A stretch of 63,840 nt of DNA, filler included, from Octopus bimaculoides (taxonomy: Eukaryota): the NCBI RefSeq assembly GCF_001194135.2. It is 6 parts of 6 records of this genome, joined end to end, with 100 filler letters (N's around TTAATTAATTAA, not from the genome) between each part and the next. Parts side by side here need not be neighbours in the genome. Positions count along the whole stretch, not along the records: positions 23,855 to 51,577 come from NC_068996.1; 5 more parts are not named here. The stretch is one strand, 5' to 3'. A model generated the notes under the pieces. The model was not told the origin of the DNA and ran no database searches. It saw only the letters and a list, made by a program, of their open reading frames with translations. The position numbers and the translations under genes are program-made. Every line of letters starts with the position of its first letter. Positions within the stretch are counted from its first letter, which is position 1. Positions 27,299 through 40,380 of the stretch are shown piece by piece.

Positions 27299-27362
27299 AT
27301 ATATTTATATATGTATGTATATATGTATATATATGTGCTTGTGTGTGTGTGTGTGTGTGTAT

Positions 27363-27540
27363 ACTTCGTTTTTGTATTCGGTTTGTAAGATACTTAATGT
27401 GAGTATTCGTGTGTTGAAACAAATCATGTTGTGTCTTGGGAGGACCATTACGCCAACAATCAGACCTTGAAGAGACAGAGAGGCCAGGTCATTGATGAGG
27501 TCGCGGACAGCAACGAAAGGACTTTAACAAAGAAACAATC
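27363..27540. mobile_element. Repeat family E fragments joined head-to-head, with hammerhead-like core on + (27487-27528)
   Basis: Similar to 43447-43520; ggtca-UUGAUGA-G-gtcgc(ggaca)gcaac-GAAA-ggactt. Confidence 0.6.
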
Positions 27541-27647
27541 GATTGATGGTTTAACCGACATATTAAACAAATGATCGATTAGTTAGTTGGTTAGGTATTT
27601 AATTGATTGATTAACAATAAAGAGGTGGTATTGAATCATATATATTA

Positions 27648-27750
27648 TACCCAAGGCTATTGTAGAAGGATTTACCCAAGATTCAATGCAATGGGACTGA
27701 ACCCAGAACCATGTGGTCGAGAATCAAGCTTCTTACTACACAGTGACTCC
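27648..27750 (-). mobile_element. SINE family A head, degenerate
   Basis: gggactgaacccagaaccatgtggt..gcttcttactacacag. Confidence 0.8.
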
Positions 27751-28899
27751 TTCTGACTTCCATCTTGAAACGCCCCTTTTTACGTTCATTTCGTTCCTCC
27801 ACCCAGTTCAGACTAAGGTCTCTTGCGACGTTCTTGTATTCCTCTCGTTGCACGACGACGGGTCCGAGTTAATGAAGCTTGAGCCAAAAACGGAAAAACA
27901 GTTGGGTGCGTAAGAGTATGGCTGCCCATTGATTCTGTGTTGCTAGGATAGCGAATAAGAGAGAGTCACATTTTGCTTTTGGTGGTAATGTTACCTGTTT
28001 TACTAGGTTGATACGTCTGTTGTTGTTGTCATCGTCATCAGTCTTTGTTGTCAATACTGTAATATTGTCAATCTCTGCTGCTGCTGCTGCAGATGTTGAT
28101 GCTGTTGCTGTTGTCGTTGTTCTTGTTGTTGTTGTTGTTCTTCGTTGATCTTCGTTTTTCTTCTTCATCTTCCTGGTATTGTTGATGATAGAATTGTTGT
28201 TGTTTGTTCTACTTTTTTTACTGTTATTGCTGTTGATGTGTCTATGGGGGGTTGTTACAATTGAGGTTGATGTTTGCGGTAGTAGAAAGTGTGATTGAGT
28301 GAGGTAGAAGATGGAGGTCCTTCCCCTTTCGCTCTTTCACTCTTTCATTTTAGCAGAAAGCCCTTCAGTGGTTTGCGTCACAGGTCATTCACCGTCAAGC
28401 GTTATATTTAATCGAATTCCATGTGGTTGTTTCATTAACTAGATAATTATGGCTCATTTTCTGGTTAGCATTGGTCATATCTAATCGGGGATATGTCTAC
28501 ATCAAACCAGCCTGCTTTTTGAATCTTAATTATAACTAGATCAAGCAAAACAATCACAATTAGCCATCGGTAAGTTTGTCTTGTAGGCACGCCCAACTGT
28601 TATCTTTATCACACATCTGCTCATATATGTTAGTATAAGGGTGGAATCCTTGTTCTTACACGGTTCGACAACTGTGGAAAATCTGGCATCTGCTGCAACA
28701 AAATGTTTTCCATGGGTGATGTACATCTTCTTTATACATTTTTTAATTATAGGGGAAGGCAGTGATTATGACCCCTTACAGGGCCTTCAGAACTAGTGAG
28801 AAGAGGGGAGAAAGGTAGCCCCGAACCCGAAGCCTCACCTAAATGCTTACAACAAAATGGACTCCATTAAAAGTAACCAAAATTGCCAAGTGGTGGTAT

Positions 28900-29160
28900 T
28901 AAACCGGGTGATGGACTAACTCTACCAAGTAGCAGAAATTGAATTATGAATGCAAAAAAGCCGGAATAAATACCACAAGGCATCTGGACCGGCATTCTTA
29001 CAGTTCGACCAGTTCACCAACCTCGATTGATACTTCTTTTATCGACCCCATAAAAGATGTAAAGCAATGTTGATGTCAGTTGTATTTGAACTCAGAGCGC
29101 AGTTAGTTGGAATATTCACTACAAATTATTCATTCTGATGATGTAACAATTTGCTGCTTT
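28900..29160 (-). mobile_element. Old SINE-B-like fragments
   Basis: tacttcttttatcgacccc..aaagatg.aa..atttgaactcagagcg. Confidence 0.55.
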
Positions 29161-29394
29161 TTTTTTCTCTCACACAGATTTCAGACATTGCTTTCCCTTT
29201 GTGTATGTTTGTTTCTCTGCTCAATGAGTTATTCATCAATAGGTTACCGTTCATCGATTCTTTGAATAACCCTCTGTGACACGTCCGACAAAATTGCCGT
29301 CTTGTAATACTTGCTATACTGCAATGCCTCTTGTATTTTTGAAAGCTGAATCTGATGTTTTCCTGTTAATTCTTGTCGTTGCTATTAAGTTTAC

Positions 29395-29553
29395 CCTTGT
29401 CAATATTTTGACCGGCGATGGAACCGATTTCCACATAGAAAGCCTTGGCCATGATGGTTGCGTTTGAGGTTGTTTTTATAATGTTTGACCGACCTGTTGC
29501 TGAACTATCGTTGTATTTGTATTTTCTTTCACTAACATTCGAGACGAAGACAG
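29395..29553 (-). CDS. Candidate 159-nt phase 1-1 coding exon, possibly an extracellular region
   Basis: Acceptor ttttccAG|ct and donor aagg|GTAAAC; open frame VFVSNVSERKYKYNDSSATGRSNIIKTTSNATIMAKAFYVEIGSIAGQNIDK with three NxS/T sequons. Confidence 0.3.
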
Positions 29554-31056
29554 CTGGAAAATCTCATTAAAAATAAATGCGTGTGTGTTGATGCTGTTGG
29601 CTGTGTCGTTAGTATAGTCCTTCTTATTGTAGTAGTTGTAGTAGTTGTTGTTATTATTGCTGCTTTTTACCACTGTTTTTATTATTTTTATTGTTGTCTT
29701 TACGTATTTCGCATTGTAATTCTTGTTACTGTTCACGTTGTTCATATTGTTATTTCTTACTTCCAACATAAATTTATCTAATGTAATAGCAGTAACGTTG
29801 CATCTATATTTCAACTCCTTAGCGACACTATTTAATTTGTCTCTCACTCACCACTTTATTTCACCATTTTACTCTCTTCCTCCACTTCCTCCTCTTCCTC
29901 CTCCCCTTGTTATATTCGTCTCCCTCAACTTTTGTTTCCATCTTCAAATTTTGGTAAGAAAACATCCCTTTAACAAAAATCAATATCGTATCAATAGATT
30001 TCCCTTGAATGGGAGAAGCTTGTAGGAAAACCAAACTCACCAACATTCAGCAAGTTTCTTCTCGATTTCACAAAAGAAATATACCGATGACGGAAGTTAA
30101 CTTCTTAAGTATATTTCTTAATATTCCTCACAGAATCTAATCCCACAACAGCCAAGGAACCATGCTATTCACACACAGCTATTCCGAAGTAGCACAAACA
30201 AGGTATTTTGCCAACAACAGCAACAACAACAACAACAACAGCAGCAGCAGCAGCAATGGAAGCAACAACAGAGGAAACTTACCACTTCATCAACTGGATG
30301 ACTTTACTCTCCGGTGATTCTCTTACAAAATTACACTTCGGAAAACAAAAGGTGCATATTTCACCCTGCAACTTCTTTCACTTCCTAAATTGTAGCTGGA
30401 CCTTTTGAAGACTTGTTAAGAACTCTAAGGAATCCTCCATAATTTTCTACTTTTTTTAATTCTTTCCTCAATCAATAAAATTTCGTAAGCTGTTTGCCAT
30501 CTTAGAAAAAGCTTTCTCATATTCTTCCCCATGGTTGTTTCCAGTTCTACAATGCTCTCCAGCTCTCTTTACGTACCATGTCTGTTTTACAGGTGACATC
30601 GGTCATGGATTTTCATGACATGACAAAATCTGAAGCTACATAATTTTTCTGCAGAAAACACAGCAGAAGATTTTTGTTACTTTCTGCCAGTATGTTTGCA
30701 ATTTACTCTGCTCGTCTCCTGCTTTCCTGAATTTACTCTTGAGGTAGATGGTTTATTTAACTCATACGTAGGGGTTTGGTTCACGTGATGTCGACCTGAT
30801 GGGCCTGCATGATAAATGTCTAAGGGCCTGCCATCTTCTGAGTCCTGTATGCCTTTACCTATGGGATAATCTTTTATTCTGACCAATACTTGGGGGCTTT
30901 GACAAGTAACAACCACTCCGGACCATTATTGAACTTCCCTTACTATCAACCAAAACCAAACCACACCACCATCATCATTGTCGTCGTCGTGATGGTGGTG
31001 GTGGTGGTGTTGGGGGTGATGGTCGTCATCATCGTCATCCTCACCATCGTCATCAT

Positions 31057-31087
<31 letters not shown>

Positions 31088-32029
31088 AGCAGCGGCAGCA
31101 ATACCACCGTCACCATCACCACTAATACCACCATCACAACTACTACCGCCACAACCACCACCACCACCACCACCACCATCACCACCACCACCACCACCAC
31201 CACCACCACCAAAAATCGTCAGAGTACTCTTGAGAGTAGTGGTGACTAAGGGGTTATTCCACACTGCCTCAGAACTCATGAACTCCGAAGATGGAACCTC
31301 ACTGCTGGATACAATTTAATGTCACACAATCGACAAAACTTCACTAAAACGTTCATTTTTTTTTTACTCCATCAGTCTCAGAACAATGTACAATGCATTC
31401 ATGCTTATAAGGCGCGATAACGCCTCAGATTACTTTAAACCATTGGTTCTCAATAGCGGTTCATATGGCACTTGCTGGGTGAGGTCCATATGGACCTTGG
31501 GAGTTCATATGAAATTTTGTTGTTATATTTCTACAACACAAAAAAAAAAAAATGTTTTAACAATTTTTTTTATACAACTGCTAATAATATTTAATTATAA
31601 AAGTATAATAGGATTTCTAAAACATTGAATGGCTATGAAAGTCCATTCGCGTAAAATAAGAATCAAAGAGGTCAGTAGGCAAAGAATGGTTGAGAACCAC
31701 TTGTTTAAACCAACAAGAAAGGCTACTGATAATAATTTCATTGCCTTCAAATGGTCCGCATTAGAGCTATACCTTACATTCGCCAAACTCTTTGCAATTT
31801 TACCTTCATGCTGTAAGCTCCTTGTCTGCCTTACTAATCATTCTACAACGTTTTTTTCTTCTCCCCAGGGCGAAGGGGTGGAAATCATTATAGCTCTGCT
31901 AACTATCAAGATATTTCTTTCACTCCTTGTATGTCAAGGGTGATGGACACATTCGTTAAGTGAAATACTTACTCTCTTACTTTGACTATCTCTCAGTGTA
32001 TCGTCTCTGTTTGTCTGTCTGTCTATCTC

Positions 32030-32692
32030 AACTTCAATTCTCACCGTTCATATAGTGTAAAGAGAGGAATTGCTCAGTGCTTAAACATCGAGCAAAGAAT
32101 ATAAGCAGCGATCGTGATACCCACCACGAAGAAATGATCAAGTTCAGTAACAATCTATTAAGCAACAGCTACCCACAAAACATACTCTCCACTCCAATTA
32201 TGAAGAAAATAGAGGATGCAACCCATAAAGTGACCACAGTCTGTCTACCCTATGTGAAAGGCCTCCCCGAAAAGATACAAAAGATACTCTGCCCATATGA
32301 CATCAGGACAGTATTCAAGAGCAATACAACACTTCGCGAATATCTCCTTGGAGTAAAACAACCAAGAGAAGAGAATATGACCAAAAACCTGCGTGTACTC
32401 CATGTCATGCAGCTGTGGTAGGTTATACAAAGGTGAAACATGTCGCCCCCTCAAAATAAGGGTAGACGAACATCGTAAAGCTTTAACACGAGGAGATATT
32501 GATAAATTGGGTTTAACTGATCGTGTATGGAAAAATAGAGACCACCTCCCCCTGTGGGATGATGTTAAAATAATAGACAGAGAACACCACTGGAAAATAC
32601 GAAAACTAGAAGAAGCAGCACATATGCTAGGCCACAACAACCACCTAAGCAGATATGAGCAGCATATAGGAACCAGTATTAAGGAAGGATAG
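32030..32692 (+). pseudogene. Penelope-like retroelement fragment: RT C-terminus/thumb, linker and GIY-YIG endonuclease, frameshifted
   Basis: VKRGIAQCL/HRAKNIS...VCLPYVKGLPEKIQKIL..YDIRTVFKS then VYSMSCSCGRLYKGETCRPLKIRVDEH...WKIRKLEEAAHM; at least two frameshifts. Confidence 0.9.
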
Positions 32693-32740
32693 AAAAATAT
32701 TAGATTTATAAGCCCTAAAAGTCACTCCATAGTTGCCTAC

Positions 32741-33020
32741 GGGCATGTGGCGTAATGGTTAAGAGCGCGGGCTACTAACCCCAAGATTCCGAGTTCGATT
32801 CCAGGCAGTGACCTGAATAATAATAATAATAATAACAACAACAACAACATAAAAAAATACCTTAGGAACGAGAACCCAGGTTCGAAATTTTCCCAAGATA
32901 CATGATAAGGCTGGTGGGTATATCAGCCGAAACGTTGTGTTAACAACAAACAAGATGAGGACAAATATCCGTCGAATGTAAATAGTGTACATAATTCTTC
33001 ATCTCTTAAACATAGAACTG
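32741..33020 (+). mobile_element. tRNA-derived SINE family C with hammerhead-bearing tail (HHR relic 32897-32941)
   Basis: tRNA-like head (A box tggcgtaatgg, B box gagttcgattcc; Asn/Ser-like), (AAT/AAC)n, tail gatac-AUGAUAA-ggctg..cagcc-GAAACGUU-gtgtt. Confidence 0.9.
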
Positions 33021-34115
33021 TTTCATGAAAGTAATGTCGTTGCACTTGACAGCAAGCGTTTAACTTTAACTTTCCTCTCAAATCGGAAAAATTTCTTGTG
33101 AAACCACAATATCGTTCACTATCATTTGGTCATGTCTTCTTCAGTCTTTTCTCTGTCACTACTGGCCATTCCCGAACTCATACAGATCTTAGCACTCTTT
33201 CCCACACAGACATCTTCGACACTTCAACTAACCCTCGCTGCTTCCATGAAAAGTTACTATAGCTCTGAGGAGTTTTCGTGAGCATCTCAAATGTAAAACA
33301 ACGTGCCAATACTGCAAAATGAACTTGTTTCACCAGAGACAGAAGATAATCTAGCTTTAATCAATTGCCGATCTTTTGTAAACCTCAGATATAATTCCAT
33401 TAAGGGGTACAACTCCCATATCTTGGTGGGTGCTACTGTTTCACTCAAAATCATATTTGACCAAATTCTATTCAGATATTTTTAAAGACTCACTCATTAA
33501 CAGACCGCACGACGTACACTGATACATGTGTTATCCTCTTGTTTTAGACATGTTTTATTGTGCCACTTCTACATATTTCGTTGTTCAGTTAATGTAGTTG
33601 GTTGCAATGAGTTCCACTTTTATCAAAAACCATCCGATACACATGTCAGTCATTCACTCTCCACTCCAGGTCCTTGTATTTAATAACTTCCCGATCTTTT
33701 CACTCTACGAGAATTTAACACCTCGACGACGTATTTTTTCCTGCAGACGTCAACTTATAAATGTTCAAAATGCAAAAAAAAAAAAAAAAAAAATATATAA
33801 AAAAAAAAAGCAGCTTTATTGATCTCATCGGTTTGGAAGGGTCTGCCAAGGTCATGTGCACCGCCCCTTCATCATGAAAAAGCCATTAACAAAAACAAAA
33901 CACTAAAAAACAAACAAAAAAACAAACAAGCAAAAAACAAAAAAGACAAAAGAAAAATACAAGGAATATAAAAAAAGGTGTAGTCATAAATTAAACATAC
34001 ATGTGCATGTATGTATGTATATATTTGTATGTATATAGATATATATAAATATATATGTATATGTATGCACCTTTATACATATGTGTGTGTGTGTGTATAT
34101 GTATATGCATGTACC

Positions 34116-34162
<47 letters not shown>

Positions 34163-34318
34163 TTTTTAAAGATTTCACCAGCCTAATTTTTTAAAAGACT
34201 CAACGAAAAACAAGAGATGTAACATCAACACCAATAACGAATTTTAAAATTCGAACGAAATAAAAATTGAAAGCAACAATAACAACAACAGCAGCAACAA
34301 CAACAAAACATTACGCAC

Positions 34319-34550
34319 AAACAGACACATACAGACATATACAGACACAAACAGACACATACAGACACGTACAGACACATACAGACACAAACAGACACAT
34401 ACAGACACAAACAGACACATACAGACACATACAGACACATACAGACACATACAGGTACATACAGACACAAACAGACACATACAGACACAAACAGACACAT
34501 ACAGACACATACAGACACATACAGGCACATACAGACATATATACAGATAC
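34319..34550. repeat. 10-bp minisatellite (ACAGACACAT/ACAGACACAA)n
   Basis: Direct reading. Confidence 0.9.
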
Positions 34551-35084
34551 ATACACATATCAAACAAGCATACCGAATCAAAACATCACTGCTTTTATTT
34601 AAATCGATATCATCCTCCACTTCCACATCTTCCACCTCCTCCTCCGCCTCATCTTCTTCTTCTTCTTCTTCTTCTTCTTCTTCTTCTTCTTCTTCNNNNN
34701 NNNNNNNNNNNNNNNNNNNNNNNNNNNNNNNNNNNNNNNNNNNNNNNNNNNNNNNNNNNNNNNNNNNNNNNNNNNNNNNNNNNNNNNNNNNNNNNNNNNN
34801 NNNNNNNNNNNNNNNNNNNNNNNNNNNNNNNNNNNNNNNNNNNNNNNNNNNNNNNNNNNNNNNNNNNNNNNNNNNNNNNNNNNNNNNNNNNNNNNNNNNN
34901 NNNNNNNNNNNNNNNNNNNNNNNNNNNNNNNNNNNNNNNNNNNNNNNNNNNNNNNNNNNNNNNNNNNNNNNNNNNNNNNNNNNNNNNNNNNNNNNNNNNN
35001 NNNNNNNNNNNNNNNNNNNNNNNNNNNNNNNNNNNNNNNNNNNNNNNNNNNNNCCCCCGCAAAACCTGGAACTAACAAAAGAAC

Positions 35085-35292
35085 CTCTATGTAGTCGCCA
35101 GAACTGCTAGAAATAGCAAACAAATTTCCTTCAAATAACAGCTTATTGTCTTAAAAAGAAAAAAAGACGTAATGTACACTTTGAATATTGTCCGATGCTA
35201 ACAATGATTGAGAGAAAAATAGGCGACGGGTGGTGGGGTGCCGATTGCATTAGGGATGACTTGGGGCTGAGCAACAGAAAAACCAACAATAT

Positions 35293-35370
<78 letters not shown>

Positions 35371-35500
35371 AAGTAGTAGTAGTAGCAGCAGCAATAGCCA
35401 GGACACCTCGATGTGATCATTGAACCTGCTAGAAATAGCAGTCAACTGTCTTTCAAGTCAGCCTCTAAATAGTCTTCTAATATTAAGGAACGGACAGCAC
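35085..35500 (+). mobile_element. Two fragments of a repeat tail (family F: ctgctagaaatagca...tgtcttaaaaa); a third copy at 35693-35737/36132-36240
   Basis: Recurring ctgctagaaa(t/c)ag(c/t)a motif followed by similar sequence. Confidence 0.55.
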
Positions 35501-35551
35501 ATCAGAAAATATAATTCTAAATATCTCAAAACACAAAAACCAACAAAAAGC

Positions 35552-35582
<31 letters not shown>

Positions 35583-35737
35583 CAAATACAAGGCAGGATA
35601 GACAACGATGGAATGACTTTGATCGTTGGCCTAGTCGATTATACCTAGCCTGGGGTTAAAACATGATCTTAAATATCATTGGCAATATCTTGAACGTTTA
35701 AATATACGTGGTCAATCACTCTGCTAGAAACAGTAGC

Positions 35738-36131
35738 AGCAGTGGCTGTGTGATAAGAAGCTTGCTTCCCAGGTTCCGGGTTCAGTCCCACTGCGTGGCA
35801 CCTTGGGCAAGTGTCTTCTACTATAACTTCGAGCCGACCAAAGCCTTGTGAGTGGATTTGGTAGGCGGAAACTGAAAGAAGCCCGTCGTATATATATATA
35901 TACACATATATATATATATATATTTGTTTTTTGTCTCTGTGTTTGTACGCGCACTATCGCTTGACAACCGATGCTGGTGTGTTTACGTCCCCGTCACTTA
36001 GCGGTTCGGAAACAAGAGACCAATAGTATACAAACTAGGCTTACAAAGAATAAGTCCTGGGGTCAATTTATTCGACTAAAGGTAGTGCTCCAGCATAGCC
36101 GCAGTCAAATGACTGAAACAAGTAAACGAGT
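35738..36131 (+). mobile_element. Full-length SINE family A flanked by 45-bp direct repeats
   Basis: Head, core, (TA)n and tail ending tgaaacaagtaaacgagt; repeats at 35693-35737 and 36132-36176. Confidence 0.92.
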
Positions 36132-37866
36132 AACGTTTAAGTGTACGTAGTTAATCACTCTGCTAGAAACAGTAGCCGAATCTCACACCACATTGTCTTA
36201 AAGAAGAAAGGACAGATTACACAGTGTAGTCCTTGATACACGAAGCATAAATAAAAGACAACCACCTACCACTGACCACTAGGAGTACCACGGACTGATT
36301 TGCTCCCCTCCAATAAAGCCATTTGTACTTCTCAAATAAAAACAAAACAAGAGACAGTAAAAAACAAAACAAAAACAACCAAAAAACACCGCCTATCATT
36401 AGCCATCACTCACAGACACCCGTTACAAACCCTCACCCACGACCATTCCCACTAAATATCATTTATCACCACTAGCATCAAACACACCTAACACAAGAGG
36501 CCAACCACGCGTTCAACTAACCAACCCACCTCGGCAAACTATCTTCCACCGTCGTCAACCACCAACCAGCACCCCCCACTCACAGACAGCCACTAACACC
36601 AACCAGCACCCCCCACTCACAGACAGCCACTACCACCAACCAGCACCACCACCACCGACAGACACCNNNNNNNNNNNNNNNNNNNNNNNNNNNNNNNNNN
36701 NNNNNNNNNNNNNNNNNNNNNNNNNNNNNNNNNNNNNNNNNNNNNNNNNNNNNNNNNNNNNNNNNNNNNNNNNNNNNNNNNNNNNNNNNNNNNNNNNNNN
36801 NNNNNNNNNNNNNNNNNNNNNNNNNNNNNNNNNNNNNNNNNNNNNNNNNNNNNNNNNNNNNNNNNNNNNNNNNNNNNNNNNNNNNNNNNNNNNNNNNNNN
36901 NNNNNNNNNNNNNNNNNNNNNNNNNNNNNNNNNNNNNNNNNNNNNNNNNNNNNNNNNNNNNNNNNNNNNNNNNNNNNNNNNNNNNNNNNNNNNNNNNNNN
37001 NNNNNNNNNNNNNNNNNNNNNNNNNNNNNNNNNNNNNNNNNNNNNNNNNNNNNNNNNNNNNNNNNNNNNNNNNNNNNNNNNNNNNNNNNNNNNNNNNNNN
37101 NNNNNNNNNNNNNNNNNNNNNNNNNNNNNNNNNNNNNNNNNNNNNNNNNNNNNNNNNNNNNNNNNNNNNNNNNNNNNNNNNNNNNNNNNNNNNNNNNNNN
37201 NNNNNNNNNNNNNNNNNNNNNNNNNNNNNNNNNNNNNNNNNNNNNNNNNNNNNNNNNNNNNNNNNNNNNNNNNNNNNNNNNNNNNNNNNNNNNNNNNNNN
37301 NNNNNNNNNNNNNNNNNNNNNNNNNNNNNNNNNNNNNNNNNNNNNNNNNNNNNNNNNNNNNNNNNNNNNNNNNNNNNNNNNNNNNNNNNNNNNNNNNNNN
37401 NNNNNNNNNNNNNNNNNNNNNNNNNNNNNNNNNNNNNNNNNNNNNNNNNNNNNNNNNNNNNNNNNNNNNNNNNNNNNNNNNNNNNNNNNNNNNNNNNNNN
37501 NNNNNNNNNNNNNNNNNNNNNNNNNNNNNNNNNNNNNNNNNNNNNNNNNNNNNNNNNNNNNNNNNNNNNNNNNNNNNNNNNNATATATATATATATATAT
37601 AAACATATATATACATATATATATACATACATATATATACATATATATTTATGTATATGTATGTATATGTGGGTAGAGTGTGAAGGTCTGCCTCTCTGCC
37701 TGCATGTATGTGTGTGCGTGTGTGTAATTATGTATATGTGTCTAGATATGCATATATATGTTTGTACATATGCATATATAATTATATAGTGTTTGTATGT
37801 GTCTGAACACAAACACACACACACACACATATAAACGATGTATGTAATATGTATACGTACATGTAT

Positions 37867-37905
<39 letters not shown>

Positions 37906-38042
37906 CATGCATGTACGAATATACACAAGCACACACGTACACATATATGCAAATATGCATCATGAATATCTACTTATGCGTATATGTAAGTATATATATA
38001 TGTGTACGCATATAGTGTATGTTTGTGTTTATGTGAAAGTGC

Positions 38043-38115
<73 letters not shown>

Positions 38116-39342
38116 NNNNNNNNNNNNNNNNNNNNNNNNNNNNNNNNNNNNNNNNNNNNNNNNNNNNNNNNNNNNNNNNNNNNNNNNNNNNNNNNNNNNN
38201 NNNNNNNNNNNNNNNNNNNNNNNNNNNNNNNNNNNNNNNNNNNNNNNNNNNNNNNNNNNNNNNNNNNNNNNNNNNNNNNNNNNNNNNNNNNNNNNNNNNN
38301 NNNNNNNNNNNNNNNNNNNNNNNNNNNNNNNNNNNNNNNNNNNNNNNNNNNNNNNNNNNNNNNNNNNNNNNNNNNNNNNNNNNNNNNNNNNNNNNNNNNN
38401 NNNNNNNNNNNNNNNNNNNNNNNNNAGGGGGAGAGAGGGGGGAGAGAGGGGGGAGAGAAAGGAAGATGAAGAGTGTGTGTATGCTTTTATGTGTATATGT
38501 GTATAGATTTATGTATATACGTATGTGCGTGTGTGTGACTGTATGTTTGCGTGTGCGTTCATTTGTGTGTGTGTGTGTGCGCGCGCGCGTGTGTATGTGT
38601 GCACTGCGTGCGCCTGAGAGGCGGGAAACCTCTGATAGTGATTAAAAGTACCTCTCTCTAATGCTGGAAAATAAATAAAATAAAATAAAATAAAATAAAA
38701 TAGATATACGAAAAAAAAAATAGAAACAGTAATAATAATAACAACAATAATAATGACAGCTCAAATAAATAATAAAATGACAAAGTAAAATTGTTGAAGT
38801 TAGAAATTGGTTTGGAAGAAACAGAATAGTCTGAAGACAAAAAAGAAAAAAAAAGGAAGAAAAAAAAACGAAAAAAGATTGGAACAGTTTTTTTTTTTAT
38901 ATTGCAAATTAAAGAAAAATATATTTGAGTTTAAAAGAGAAGGAATGTCAGATTCTTGTGTGAAGATATTCTATTTTACTATCTCCTACAGACTGGTCAT
39001 ATGATGCTACCAAACATTAAATGTTACCGTTTATGGTGTGATACTGAACCACTCGAGTCTTCTTGATTTTATTTATTATTTAATGATTTTGTTTTTTTTC
39101 TTCAGTAGGGTGAGTGTTAGGGGAGGGCTAGACGAGAACGACTACGTTGATGAAAGCGACGATACGGAGTTAATATGGTGGAGGATGATGAAAGCGCAAA
39201 GCCAACAGTTTTGAGGTGAGGATTTGAATGATGCGACTGACAACAGTAACTTATTTTATAGATGCCTCATGGGTGTAAAAGCTAACTTTGGCTTCGGCAG
39301 GAATTGAACTCAGAACATAATCAGCTGGAATGTACTCTTTAC

Positions 39343-39484
39343 ATTCTGTGTTCAAATCGAGCTAAGGTCAACTATAACTTTCATCCATTCAGGGTCGATA
39401 AAATATAGTACCAGTCAAGAGCTGGCGTCCATGTCATTGACTTATCCTTCCCTTGAAATTGCTGGCATGGTGTCAAAATTGAAA
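39343..39484 (+). mobile_element. Old SINE-B-like copy
   Basis: ttctgtgttcaaat..aggtcaact..tttcatccattcagggtcgataaaat..agtaccagt. Confidence 0.7.
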
Positions 39485-39496
39485 CAATTATTATTA

Positions 39497-39530
<34 letters not shown>

Positions 39531-39936
39531 GCCTTTGCACAACTTCTAACGCTGGAGATGTACTATGGTGTCAGCTGTTCATTACCAGTGAACTAAGGTA
39601 ACACCTCTTATTTTTCGAGCACCTTCCTGAGTATTCGAGCGGTTCACAGCAGTGCTGTTTTCTGCAAGTGCACCACCCCTATTGCATCTCCTATTTGTTC
39701 CACGTACTTCTGGAGATTTTTACTCACTGTTCCCAGGACTCCAACAATTATTGGTAATACTGTTACCTTTTTCATCGACCACAACTGCTTAACCTCTCAA
39801 GCTAACCTGTCATATCTCTCGACTTTTCTTTCTTCCTTATCGCATACCTTGTTGTCAGCTGAGCATGCTATATCTATAATCCAGCATTGTTTGTTTTCTT
39901 TCTCAATTAAGACCATGTCCGGCTTATCTATTATCA
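39531..39936 (-). mobile_element. R4/Dong-type RLE retrotransposon 3' fragment
   Basis: IDKPDMVLIEKENKQCWIIDIACSAD...KVERYDRLA*EVKQLWSMKKVTVLPIIVGVLG...LQKTALL*TARILRKVLEK*; PD..D RLE motif; 3' end abuts (AAT)n, 5' end abuts (GAA)n. Confidence 0.9.
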
Positions 39937-40001
39937 TTCTTCTTCTTCTTCTTCTTCTTCTTCTTCTTCTTCTTCTTCTTCTTCTTCTTCTTCTTCTTCT
40001 T

Positions 40002-40032
<31 letters not shown>

Positions 40033-40239
40033 ATGAAATTTGACTTGTATTATGAAAAAGTTTTTTCATTCTATTTTCGAAACACGACTTACTTCAAGTA
40101 TTACGAAATCAAATTCTAAGGGGAGTACTTGTGAAAAACAATTACAAAAGCTCCCAGACTGAGGGACAGAGAGGAGAAAGAAGCCTGGCCCGAATGCTTA
40201 CAACTGAGTGGTCTCTGTTAAAGATATACCAAAATCTCA

Positions 40240-40380
40240 GGTTGTAGCGTGAAACCGAACGACGGGATTAAGTCGGCGAGGAAGAAACCGAACGGCCGAT
40301 GGCGAGAGGACGAACGGAACGGCGGCTGCCGGCGGACGAGCGAGCGAGCGAATCTGCCGCGGATCTTTCCCGATTGCTTC
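40240..40380. other. Short CpG-rich segment (possible promoter/5'UTR or TE 5' end)
   Basis: Dense CG dinucleotides and (GCGA)n in an otherwise AT-rich, CpG-poor window. Confidence 0.4.

Noticed and set aside
27869-28336. About 155-codon open frame on minus, and a nearby frame ending ETLV-stop
   Set aside because: Largely low-complexity, no recognisable family, and competing frames are equally plausible.
30400-30900. Possible LINE or transposase remnant (also 48080-48340)
   Set aside because: Many stops and no diagnostic motif recognised.
32741-32813. tRNA gene (also 46600-46674)
   Set aside because: Acceptor and anticodon stems are imperfect and the head is fused to a repeat tail; SINE head, not a functional tRNA.
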